Shown one piece after another: positions 37,901-45,660 of a DNA stretch of 64,000 bases; position 1 is the first letter of the stretch; each line of letters starts with the position of its first letter. Made by a program: the position numbers and the translations under genes. The stretch lies in NCBI GenBank assembly GCA_052078155.1, contig JBQJBP010000006.1, positions 34,581-98,580 on the forward strand, written 5' to 3'. Source of the stretch: Rhodovibrionaceae bacterium GXU_MW_A322. Lineage in GTDB: Bacteria > Pseudomonadota > Alphaproteobacteria > Kiloniellales > DSM-21159. The notes under the pieces were generated by a model. That model was given only the letters and a program-made list of their open reading frames with translations. It was not told the DNA's origin and did no database searches.

Positions 37901-40900
37901 TGCTGAAGGGTTTTGGACAGGCGGGCAACCACCTGCGCCGCCAGCAGGGATTGGCCACCAAGGTCAAAGAAGGAGGCGTCGGGAGAAACAGCCGTTAGAC
38001 CCAGCACCTCTGCAAAGAGCGCACAAATGAGTTGCTGGCGACCGGAAGATGCAGGGGCGGCTGTGTCCTTATCCTCTGCTTGCTGCGGAATCTCAGCAGC
38101 AGGCAGGCGCTTTCGGTCGATCTTTCCGGCGGGGTTGAGGGGGAAGTCCTCCAGAAAGACCAAACTGTTGGGACGCATGTACTCCGGCAGGCGTCGGGCC
38201 AGGCGGTTTTTCAGATCCTGTCGCAACTGTGGCAAGCTGCCGCCTGCTGCGGCACTTGGGATCAGATAGGCGGCCAGACTGTCATCCTGTTTGACCACCA
38301 GAGCTTCTTTTACATCCGGGTGGGACAGCAGGTTTTCTTCGATTTCTCCCGGCTCAATGCGGAAGCCTCTCAGCTTGATCTGATGGTCTTTGCGCCCCAG
38401 GAAAGCCAGCTGGCCGTCTTGTTGCCAGGTTGCCAGATCTCCAGTGGCGTAGAGCCGAAGGTTTTGCTGGAAAGGCGCGGTGTCAAAAGCCGCTGCCGTC
38501 TTGTCGGGGGCATTGTGGTAGCCGCGCGCCAGCCCCGGTCCGGCAATGAAGAGTTCCCCGCTCACGCCTTCCGGCTGCGGGGCTTTTCTGTCGTCCAGAA
38601 CGAAGCAGGACCAGCCGGGCAGGGGGCGGCCAAGAGGCAATGGGGCATCTGTGCTCAGGTCCAGATTGGTGAAGTCGCAGTAACTGGACCAGATGGTGGC
38701 TTCCGTTGGTCCATAGAGATTGACGGCTTTGCTGCCCCAGGCTTGCAGCTGTCGGGCCAGATCCGGTTGCAGCGCTTCCCCACCGCAGTAGAGTGTCGGG
38801 CGGTGAGGGGCTGTCCATTCTGCGCTTTGCAGCAGTCGGTAGCTGCTGGGGGTGGCCTGCAGCAGGGTTGCAGCCTGATCATCCAGCAGGCGGGCCAGAG
38901 CCAGACCATCTTTGCTGATATCTTCTGGAACCAGCAGGAGGGCCGCCCCCTTGCGCAAGGGGGCAAAGAGCTCAAACAGCGAGATGTCAAATGTGACGAT
39001 GGTGATTGCAGCCAGCGTATCGTTCGGGGTCACCGCCCCCAGGGCCTGTTCCATGGCCTGATGGAAGGCGGTAAAAGAGGCCTGCTCGACCAGCACTCCC
39101 TTGGGTTTTCCGGTTGAACCGGAGGTGTAGAGCAGATAGGCAGCAGAACCGGCGTCTGGCCAGGGGGGCGCTGTTTGCCTCTGCGAAGCTGAGGGATCTG
39201 CTGTTTGCGCTAGCACCTCTGTCAGGGACAGCGTCAGGTGATTGTAACGCTGATGGAGCGGATCCTGCCCGGTGGTGTCGTCGCAAAGGATGAGCCGGGG
39301 CATGGCATCCTGCAGGATCAGGCGGCGACGCGCCTCCGGATGTCCCGGGTCCAGAGGAAGGAAGGCTGCTCCGCTGCGCCATACGGCCAGCATGGCAATC
39401 AGAACCAGTGGGCTGCGCGGCAGAGCCAGGGCGACGATATCTTCCGGCCCGATGCCCTGCCGTATCAGACTCTGGCTTAGTCGTTCTGCTGCGTTTTGCA
39501 GGTCCTGATAGCTGAGATTTTCGCCATGGGGCCACATGACGGCTGTTGCCGTTCCGGAAAGGTCAGCCTGGGCCCAGATCTCCTGCAGCACGCTTTGGCC
39601 ACTGGCCAGCAGAGGCGCCCCGACGGCAGTTTCTGTCAAGAGGCGCGCCTGCTCCGGCCCTGTCAGCAGGGAGTGGCTGTTGAGAGGTGCTTCAGGAGCC
39701 TGCAGAACCGAAGAAATCAGCTGCTTGAACTGGGAGATCAGCCGTTCGATCCCCTGGTGGCTGAAAAGGTCGCTGTTGTATTCAAAGGCGCCTGTCAGGA
39801 TCTTCTGACCGCTGTCGTTGCTGGCTTCTTCCAGATAGAGCGATAAATCCAGTTTGGCGCTCCTGCTTTTCAACAGGCGCTGGCTGCAGGACAGGCCAGG
39901 GAAGGTCAGGCTTTTTTCAAGGGCTCCCTGGCTGTGGCTGTCCAGAGTAAAGAGCACCTGGAAAAGCGGGGCATGGGCCAGACTGCGGTCCGGCTGCAGA
40001 GCTTCCACCACCTGTTCAAAGGGGCAGTCGGCATGCTGGTAGGCAGCCAGAGCGCTGTGGCGGGTTTGCTCCAGCAGATCCAGGAATGTCAGGTCATCGG
40101 TGGGACGCAGACGCAACACCAGAGAGTTCACAAAGAGGCCGATCAGCGGCTCCAGCGCCGTCATCCCGCGCCCGGCCGTCGGGGTACCCAGTGGAATGTC
40201 GTCGCCCGCCCCCAGACGTTGCAGCAGCAGGGAAAACAGCCCGGCCAGCGTCATGAAGAGCGTGCAGCCTCTTTGCCGTCCCAGCTGTTGCAGATCAACC
40301 AGTTCGTCAGGGCTGAAACTCAGGGTACAGAGCCCCCCTTCGTAGCTCTGGAGGGCTGGGCGGGCCTTGTCAAATGGCAGATTCAATGAGGCCGGCAGGT
40401 CGGCCAGCTGTTCAGTCCAGTAGGTCAGGTCCTTTTGAACCTGTTTGTCTGCCAGGGCATCCCGTTGCCAGCTGCAGTAATCCCGGTAGGTCAGCGAAAG
40501 AGCCGGAGCCGTTTCTGCCGTTTGCGTGACGATCCGCCTGTATTCGCGGCTCAGCCCCTCCGCCAGGACCCCAATAGACCAGCCATCGCAGGCAATGTGA
40601 TGCAGCAGGATAAGAAGGGACCAGTTTTCTTCAGACCGCTGGAACAAGGTCAGGCGAACCGGCCAGTCCTTTTGCAGGTCAAAGGGCTGGTGCGCGGCAG
40701 TTTCAATGACTTCTTCCTGATCCTGCTGGTTCAGATCAGACAGGTCTTTGTGGCTGAATGGCAGGTTACCAACCGGATCAACTACCTGCTGCGGTCCCTG
40801 ATCACTGTCCATGATCCGGCTGCGCAGAACCTCCTGCTGCTCAATCACCTGAGCCAGCGCCCCTTCAAGGGCGGCTTTGTCCAGAGGACCGGAGATGTCC

Positions 40901-43900
40901 AGAAGCAGAGGCACGAGATAGGCTTGCTGGATGCCCTTTCCGCCCAGCTGATCGAGGAACCAGAGACGCTCCTGTTGATGAGACAGCGGGAACAGACCAT
41001 CAGCAGAGGTGATCTGACTTGTTGTTGCTATGGGACGCGCAGTTCCGGACAGGGGGGTGCTTTGCCGGGTCGCCAGGACCAACGCCAGGCCCGCTGCAGT
41101 CGGGTTTTCGAAAATCAGCTGCAGGGGAAAATCTTCTCCCCAGAGTTCGCTCAGGCGATTGGCAGCCTGGGCCGCGAGCAGGGAATGTCCACCCAGGACG
41201 AAGAAATCGGCTTCGGGATCCAGCTTGTCCAGTCCCAGAACTTCCGCAAAAACGGCTGATACCAGTTCTTCTTCGCCGGAACGGGCTGCTCTGCCCGAGC
41301 CGCTGCTCACCCGTCTTTGCGGTGGCGGCAGGGCGTCTCGGTCGATCTTGCCGGACGGGGTAAGGGGAAAAGACTCCAGCAATGTGAAGTGGGCGGGCAC
41401 CATATAGGCTGGCAACACCTGTGCCGCTCGGGCTCTCAGCTCTTCGGTCAGGACCTGTTCTGAGGCCGCACTGTTTTCTGAAGTCACCAGATAGGCGAGC
41501 AGTGTCTGATCTTTGGCCAGAACGAGGGACTGTTCGATGGCCGGGTGGCTGTCCAGGCAGGCTTCGACTTCACCGGGTTCAATACGGAAACCGCGCAGTT
41601 TGATTTGCTGGTCCCGCCGTTCAATGAACTCCAGCACCCCATCATTGCGCCAGCGGGCCAGATCACCTGTTCTGTAGAGCCGCTCCCCGGGACGGAAGGG
41701 GTTCGGCTGAAAGGAGTCCCGGCTGCGTTCCGGCTGGTTGAGATATTCACGCGCAACGCCGACACCGCCCACACAGAGTTCCCCGATGACCCCTTCCGGC
41801 ATGGGGCTGAGATTGTCATCCAGAACATAGGTGTAGACATCCGGCATAGGCCGCCCAATGGGCAAAGTGGCGGCGGGGCGCTGTTCCGTGGTTGCGCCTG
41901 TTGTTGCCACTTCAAAGGTGGTGGCACAGACAGAAACTTCGGTGGGGCCATAGGCGTTTATGAAATGAAGGGCGGCCCCTTCCGGGCTGTCTTTCCAGCG
42001 TTGGGCAACCTGCGGCGGGCAGGGCTCTCCGGCTGATATGACCACCTTCAGGCTGCGATAGTCTTGCGGATCCATCAAAGCCAGGGCGCTGGGTGGCAGC
42101 GTGACGTGGGTAACGTCTTGCCGGGTGATCAGGGATTTCAGGGCGGCACCTGGCAACAGTTGTTCCGGTGCGGCCAGAACCAGTTGAGCCCCGGCGCCCA
42201 GTGTCACAAACACTTCCGATACAGCGGCATCAAAAGCCGGGGTGGCAAACTGCAACACCCGGGCATTGGCGGAGAGATGAAAGGCGGGAATCTGACCGGC
42301 GATCAGGTTCGCCAGTCCGGCCTGTTCAATCACCACACCTTTGGGCTGGCCGGTCGAGCCGGAGGTGAAGATGACATAAGCGGCCTGGGTTTCTTTGATG
42401 TCTGAAAGATCTTCCAGGCCCAGCGGGGGCAGGGCTTCAGCCTTTTGCTTTAGATCATCCAGCGTGAGAGCCCGCACCGTGTCGGGCAGGGGCAGGGCCT
42501 CTGCCTGATCCGACAGGTATCCGGCCAGTTCCCCCTGTTGAACAATGGTCAGGCGCCTTTGCCGGGGATGGCCGGGGTCCAGCGGGACAAAGGCTGCGCC
42601 TGTCATCAGCACCGCCAGTTGGGTGATCACCAGATCAAGTCCGCGCGGCAGCGCCACGGCGATCCTGTCTTCAGTCGCTAGGCCTTCCTGCTTGAGAGCT
42701 GCGGCCAGCTTTCCAGCACTTTTCGCCAGCTCACCATAGCTGACCAGATGATCTTCCCAGACCAGAGCCGGGGTTCCCGGTTTTTCTGCTGCCAGTTTCA
42801 GAATGCGCTGGGCGGCAAGCGGGGGGCGCTGGCTGTGGCTGCTTTCTCTTGGCCAGTGTTCCGTCAGCTGACGGTAGACCTGGGGCGGCAGCAGGGTGCG
42901 GCTCTGTCCCGAAACCTCCGGATTGGCAGCGATGTCCTTCAGCAGAAAGGTCAGATCGCGGGCGATGATCCGGATCTGATCTTCTTCGAAGATGTCCCGG
43001 CGATAGGCGAATTCCAGCGTGATGTCCTGCTCATCGTGATATTCCCGCACAAAGAGCGAAAGGGGGGTCTGCTGGTCCTGATTTGTTATGGCCACGGCCT
43101 CTGCCGGGGCTGAATCAAATGACAGGGGGTAATCCTGAAGTTCAAAAGACAGGGCGATGTCAAACAGCCGGTTGCGTCCCTGGGCCAGAGCCCCGCTTTG
43201 GCGAATGACCTCGGCCAGAGAAACGGGCAGATGGCGATAGCTTTGTTTTACTTCTCGCGCCACCTGGCCCATCAGGTCACTGGTGGGTTGAGCCAGGTCG
43301 AGCGACAGGGGCAGGGCGGCAACGGTGGTAAATAGCCCGACCGTTTCCTTTTCCTTCTTACCCGTTCGATTGCGCAGGGGCAGACCGACGACCAGGGCTT
43401 CAAGGTTCTGGGTTCTGACAAAATAGAGATAGAGGGCCGTCAGGAAAAAGTGCAGCGGGCTGGCGCTGTTCTGTCCGGCGACCTGGGTGATGCGGTCGAA
43501 ATCCTCGCGAGCCAGAGCCGTCTGCAAACTGGCTGACAGAGGCTTTTCAGCGGCTTTGACTGGCTGAAACAACGGAGGGGGCGGGTCCGAAAAGCGATCT
43601 TTCCAGTAGGCCTGTTTGGCGGACTGCCGGGCTGCCTGTCGGCTGTCCTCCACCGATTGCTTTTCGTCCTGGTCCAGCAGATAGCTGAAGAAGGAGGGGT
43701 GCGGGTCGGAGAGGGCGGGGGCATTGGGACTGCCGGATGCCGGGCCAAGGAAGCCCAGGGGGTTCTGGCTTTCCTGGCGTTGCCGGACACTCAGAGCCTG
43801 ATAGAGCTCACTCAGACGACGCAAGACGAGCCCGGTGCCCCAGCCGTCACAGATGAGGTGATGATAGACGTTGATCCAGCGGTAGTGCTGGTCGCTCAAT

Positions 43901-44301
43901 TTCAGAAGCTGGGAGCGGAACAGGGAACCCCCATCCAACTGGAAGGGGCGATCAAGCGCTTGCTGACAGAGTTGATCGGCTCTTCTGTCCGGCCTGTCTT
44001 CGCTGCTGATGTCTGTAAAGCTGAAGGCTGGTGCCTTGTCTTTTGTATCAGACAGCCGCCAGCGCGGGACAGGGCCGTCCTTTTCCAGGCGCAGACGCAG
44101 GGCGTCATTTTCCTCAATCAGCAGAGAAAGCGCCTGGGAAAAGCGGGCACGGTTCAGCGGCCCTTTGATCTCCAGATAGCCACCAATGTTGTAACTGGCG
44201 GTTTCAGCCAGCCTTTGCTGGTCAAACCAGATGTCTCTTTGAGCCGCAGACAGGATAGGCGAAGGCTGAGGCCTGTTGGCACTGTTCCTTTCCTTTCCCA
44301 T
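31921..44301 (-). CDS. non-ribosomal peptide synthetase, 4 modules: Cstarter-A1-T1-C2-A2-T2-C3-A3-T3-C4-T4-TE (last module lacks an A domain)
   Basis: - Four C domains with HHxxxDG (HHLICDGWG ~43.85 kb, HHIACDGWS ~40.58 kb, HHLAADGWS ~37.3 kb, HHLVADGWS ~34.0 kb).
- Three A domains (SGSTGxPKG cores at ~42.35, ~39.1, ~35.8 kb).
- Four T domains (FFVLGGHS ~41.2 kb, FFDLGGQS ~37.96 kb, FFELGGHS ~34.65 kb, FFECGGHS ~32.88 kb).
- C-terminal thioesterase (GWSFGGHLA).
- Single 4126-aa frame. Confidence 0.95.
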   Translation of the reverse strand: MGKERNSANRPQPSPILSAAQRDIWFDQQRLAETASYNIGGYLEIKGPLNRARFSQALSLLIEENDALRLRLEKDGPVPRWRLSDTKDKAPAFSFTDISSEDRPDRRADQLCQQALDRPFQLDGGSLFRSQLLKLSDQHYRWINVYHHLICDGWGTGLVLRRLSELYQALSVRQRQESQNPLGFLGPASGSPNAPALSDPHPSFFSYLLDQDEKQSVEDSRQAARQSAKQAYWKDRFSDPPPPLFQPVKAAEKPLSASLQTALAREDFDRITQVAGQNSASPLHFFLTALYLYFVRTQNLEALVVGLPLRNRTGKKEKETVGLFTTVAALPLSLDLAQPTSDLMGQVAREVKQSYRHLPVSLAEVIRQSGALAQGRNRLFDIALSFELQDYPLSFDSAPAEAVAITNQDQQTPLSLFVREYHDEQDITLEFAYRRDIFEEDQIRIIARDLTFLLKDIAANPEVSGQSRTLLPPQVYRQLTEHWPRESSHSQRPPLAAQRILKLAAEKPGTPALVWEDHLVSYGELAKSAGKLAAALKQEGLATEDRIAVALPRGLDLVITQLAVLMTGAAFVPLDPGHPRQRRLTIVQQGELAGYLSDQAEALPLPDTVRALTLDDLKQKAEALPPLGLEDLSDIKETQAAYVIFTSGSTGQPKGVVIEQAGLANLIAGQIPAFHLSANARVLQFATPAFDAAVSEVFVTLGAGAQLVLAAPEQLLPGAALKSLITRQDVTHVTLPPSALALMDPQDYRSLKVVISAGEPCPPQVAQRWKDSPEGAALHFINAYGPTEVSVCATTFEVATTGATTEQRPAATLPIGRPMPDVYTYVLDDNLSPMPEGVIGELCVGGVGVAREYLNQPERSRDSFQPNPFRPGERLYRTGDLARWRNDGVLEFIERRDQQIKLRGFRIEPGEVEACLDSHPAIEQSLVLAKDQTLLAYLVTSENSAASEQVLTEELRARAAQVLPAYMVPAHFTLLESFPLTPSGKIDRDALPPPQRRVSSGSGRAARSGEEELVSAVFAEVLGLDKLDPEADFFVLGGHSLLAAQAANRLSELWGEDFPLQLIFENPTAAGLALVLATRQSTPLSGTARPIATTSQITSADGLFPLSHQQERLWFLDQLGGKGIQQAYLVPLLLDISGPLDKAALEGALAQVIEQQEVLRSRIMDSDQGPQQVVDPVGNLPFSHKDLSDLNQQDQEEVIETAAHQPFDLQKDWPVRLTLFQRSEENWSLLILLHHIACDGWSIGVLAEGLSREYRRIVTQTAETAPALSLTYRDYCSWQRDALADKQVQKDLTYWTEQLADLPASLNLPFDKARPALQSYEGGLCTLSFSPDELVDLQQLGRQRGCTLFMTLAGLFSLLLQRLGAGDDIPLGTPTAGRGMTALEPLIGLFVNSLVLRLRPTDDLTFLDLLEQTRHSALAAYQHADCPFEQVVEALQPDRSLAHAPLFQVLFTLDSHSQGALEKSLTFPGLSCSQRLLKSRSAKLDLSLYLEEASNDSGQKILTGAFEYNSDLFSHQGIERLISQFKQLISSVLQAPEAPLNSHSLLTGPEQARLLTETAVGAPLLASGQSVLQEIWAQADLSGTATAVMWPHGENLSYQDLQNAAERLSQSLIRQGIGPEDIVALALPRSPLVLIAMLAVWRSGAAFLPLDPGHPEARRRLILQDAMPRLILCDDTTGQDPLHQRYNHLTLSLTEVLAQTADPSASQRQTAPPWPDAGSAAYLLYTSGSTGKPKGVLVEQASFTAFHQAMEQALGAVTPNDTLAAITIVTFDISLFELFAPLRKGAALLLVPEDISKDGLALARLLDDQAATLLQATPSSYRLLQSAEWTAPHRPTLYCGGEALQPDLARQLQAWGSKAVNLYGPTEATIWSSYCDFTNLDLSTDAPLPLGRPLPGWSCFVLDDRKAPQPEGVSGELFIAGPGLARGYHNAPDKTAAAFDTAPFQQNLRLYATGDLATWQQDGQLAFLGRKDHQIKLRGFRIEPGEIEENLLSHPDVKEALVVKQDDSLAAYLIPSAAAGGSLPQLRQDLKNRLARRLPEYMRPNSLVFLEDFPLNPAGKIDRKRLPAAEIPQQAEDKDTAAPASSGRQQLICALFAEVLGLTAVSPDASFFDLGGQSLLAAQVVARLSKTLQQDVPLRLLFEAPTARGLEIALDGLGSSSRHKPVLQADPDKTTGPLTFQQERLWFLDNMNGDSDAPAPKGPDDRNRADSDKARLAYLMPVSLRLRGALDAAALQTALSALVARQPVLRTLIVQINGEICQKVDPAADQPLPLLSLAGLSEDEETRTIRGLAFQPFDLTQEWPLRACLLKRSDQDWTLLLTLHHLAADGWSLRWLHNNLPAAYQAALAPAQTSAGSKPGSSAVPVSYLDYARWQRQAQARGLFEPSLTYWKEKLSGLPELLDLPLDRPRAALQSYDGGACPFTIETETLVGLKALSKQAGTTLFMTLAAAFSLLLKRLGGGDDMALGTALAGRNHSELDELVGLFVNTLILRLQPQSHLTFSEFLKQVKTTALEAYGQGDVPFEQVVEALRPERSLSHNPLFQVMFALDEADSGPRQLTADLSLQEEHLESPTAKMDLSLHLREVTAPDEPAVLLGMMEYNSQIFDRQSVEGFCRLFSQLLAEVLENPDRTLADLPLLSPDQHQRLTEDWASGPDLPASPRPVILDIARAARNQPQELALLSEQESWSYARLWQAVEQLAKQIKAHGVESEDKVVLALPRRPLAIVALLAVWRAGACLLPLDPKQPAERRRLILEDAAPKLILTEKLNLTEPGACEDGLFQGYPCLDVTLTEPDAETSPLPTDPEEPPHGWRNNAAYLLYTSGSTGKPKGVTIEQGALADHQAGLEQVIALAPGDRTLETASLAFDTALDQILLPLRAGAGLVFLEDQAWTARELKRLSREFSITWLDLPTAYWRGLVSSWVEQPHLIPDSKLISLGGEAIRATDLDHWQQLAPAVRPRLINAYGPTEATVTATAREITDDNSHSHPFGASIGRPLAGRRCYVLDDNLQPVPVGVVGELCLGGIGLAREYHQRADLSAKSFPSDPYVKGARLYRTGDQARWRADGSIEFLGRRDHQIKLRGFRIEPGEIEACLTSHPDIEQALVLLRQEQLVAYLVPTSGCTNDGDALVPHLQQQLKQQLPDYMQPSHLLVLPAFALTPSGKIDRKALPSPTQQDTASVGQAPQNPLEQVLAELYETLLEQKQLTRTAHFFELGGHSLLALQMAARLSDHLGREIAPRRLFETPRICDLAESLAADNNGDSGVQEPASPALTPVAQQSPAPLSFQQERLWFLDRLGGEDAAQAYLIPLALKLTGQLDREALSKALDHLVRNQPQLRSRFLSQKGNPYLVTDALEDNTTSGRPADGSGPAVSGLLTERDLREVPRPLQQKHLAKAALRPFDLTKDWPIRAQLFQLSDSSWALIITLHHLVADGWSSGEIAEEISQAYKALLSGRESARSPAAISYVDYIHWQRNRRKAGVFDRELDFWERELAGSPTLLPLPLDHARPRQPSYRGAIHPLTFSGPQLAALNALSAENDCSLFMTMTASFAALLNHLGGGSDLPIGTVVAGRKDPALTSLVGLFVNTVVLRLTPKAGQSFTEFLSDVRTRALAAFEHDEVPFDQVVERLSPPRNLSANPLFQVMFTLDNHTPQLDSQRLDLPNLDVSRLELAPPIAKVDLSLFLEERENEQGQRELSGGFEYNSDLFEAETLNQMARTYESLVQQIVSSPDLPLFLAETLNKGSEAASESASTVLPGMSVSPGPESKGSEAETGDSSLLPSLLDIWQSILPPQAGNSALSSASNFFECGGHSLMAVQLAERLETWLQRPVPLSLVFEHPSARHLARALDQLPQESPPSNDPWLTVNSGGDGAPLICLPPATGYGLWAYGVSRHFSQARPVLSLQSNGLLSGSPDPEESLEELAERCLQQLQDKGILGSPSDRIALAGWSFGGHLAYALGQKLKASRGQVGSLIIIDAMAQTKDTASESPSPAPHRDSELFRALLSTDLPLDPASWHKATEEARLTLLLDLARGHPNLPPTLDLPGLQRMLSVTRKNSNALAAFHPDHWSGDLHLVRAKEEADGPALLHWDQLAQGAVHLHWVPGNHGSLVQGNNARHLAQIIETLLQ

Positions 44302-44358
44302 TTTTGTCTCCTCGTCTGGTGGCTCGCAACATCAAACAGACAGCATCAGAGGGCCGGT

Positions 44359-45660
44359 CTATTGCGGGATGACCCCCTGGACTTGGCTGGGTCGGGAATC
44401 AGAGGAGACCGGTGGCTGCGGAGGAACATCTTCAGCTGTTGATGTACTTTCTGCTGGAGAAGCCCCTTCTGCAGGTGTGGCAGGCTGCGACGCTGCTGCC
44501 GCTGCTGCGGCCGCTTCTGTTCCCTTTGCCACCACTGGGTTACCAGTCAGAGGATCGATGATGTAAGTTATAGAAGAGTCATTATCGTTTTTTAATCTGG
44601 CGGGACCCCGGCCGGGCACAGCTGGCCCCACCACCTTGTTCATTTCCTCCGAAACTTTTTGCAGAGCGGTATTGACCGCATCAACAATGTCTTCCGGGTT
44701 CTGTGGTTTCACAGCCGCCTGTGATTTCTTGTCGACAGCGGTCTGGCTGGCGCTGCCTTCCACCGGTGCCGAGCTGTCCCAGTTGCCCAGGATCAGGGGC
44801 ATGCCCTGCTCACCGGCGCCGATCACGACCATCTTGGCGTTATTGGACTCAGCCAGCCGCAGGGTGGCGTCGATGCCTTTCCAGCGCAGGTAATTCTCGT
44901 TGATGCCGGAGGTAACCGTTTCCTGGAAGACCCGGATCCCCGCCGCCTCAATGGCCTTGCGGTGGCTTTCCATGCGTTCGCGCTCCAGGATGAACTTGTA
45001 CTGCTCTGCCCTTTGGCGCTGGACGTTCTTCTGCGCAATGGCCATGCGGACCGTTTCCGGCAAGGTGACCGAGCGGATCAGCGTGTCTTCCACAAAGATG
45101 TAGTTGGGCGTGTTGGAATCCTGGTCAGACACCAGTTCCATGTTGCGGTGGGCCGCATCAGCGATGGCCAGCTGCAGATCTTCACGCTTGCCGGAATAGA
45201 GGGCTTCCGGCGTGTAGCGGGAAATCTCATGGCGCACCCGCGCCCCGATTTCCGGGGCAATCAGCGAGGTGATGAAGTCCGGGCCGACGTTCTTGTGCAG
45301 GAAGCCGATGGTTTCGGGATTGAGGCGATAGCGGGTTGAGACTTCGACCTGGACCAGCAGGCCATCCTGGGTCAGGGCATCCACGTTCACGACCATCTGC
45401 TGCAGCCGCATATCGTATACCTGGATTTTATCCCAGGGCAGGATGATCTTGGTGCCGGAATCGTAGTGCCAGGAGGTGATTGTGCCACCTAAGAACCGCA
45501 GCCACAGGGCCCCGGCATGACCGGCAGGCACAGTGATGAAGATGTAGGGGGCGAAAACCAACACCACGAAGACCACGATCAGGCTGGAAACTGACAGGCC
45601 CACATAGTTGCGTTTTACCCAGGCATTGAAGCCACGTTCGATCTTAGAGGACATGCGCAT
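44359..45660 (-). CDS. SPFH/band-7 (prohibitin/flotillin-like) membrane protein with Ala/Pro-rich C-terminal tail
   Basis: N-terminal TM (LIVVFVVLVFAPYIFI), SPFH domain (VNVDALTQDGLLVQVEVSTRYRL...), low-complexity tail (EAAAAAAAASQPATPAEG...PPQPP). Its start overlaps the last 17 nt of the upstream exporter gene. Confidence 0.8.
   Translation of the reverse strand: MRMSSKIERGFNAWVKRNYVGLSVSSLIVVFVVLVFAPYIFITVPAGHAGALWLRFLGGTITSWHYDSGTKIILPWDKIQVYDMRLQQMVVNVDALTQDGLLVQVEVSTRYRLNPETIGFLHKNVGPDFITSLIAPEIGARVRHEISRYTPEALYSGKREDLQLAIADAAHRNMELVSDQDSNTPNYIFVEDTLIRSVTLPETVRMAIAQKNVQRQRAEQYKFILERERMESHRKAIEAAGIRVFQETVTSGINENYLRWKGIDATLRLAESNNAKMVVIGAGEQGMPLILGNWDSSAPVEGSASQTAVDKKSQAAVKPQNPEDIVDAVNTALQKVSEEMNKVVGPAVPGRGPARLKNDNDSSITYIIDPLTGNPVVAKGTEAAAAAAAASQPATPAEGASPAESTSTAEDVPPQPPVSSDSRPSQVQGVIPQ

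Noticed and set aside
34297-41259. Many 100-400-aa plus-strand ORFs (e.g. 35521-36762, 38032-39117, 40435-41259) inside the NRPS region
   Set aside because: They are antisense to a continuous 4126-aa frame with clear NRPS motifs. High-GC DNA generates long spurious antisense ORFs, and they carry no recognisable motifs.
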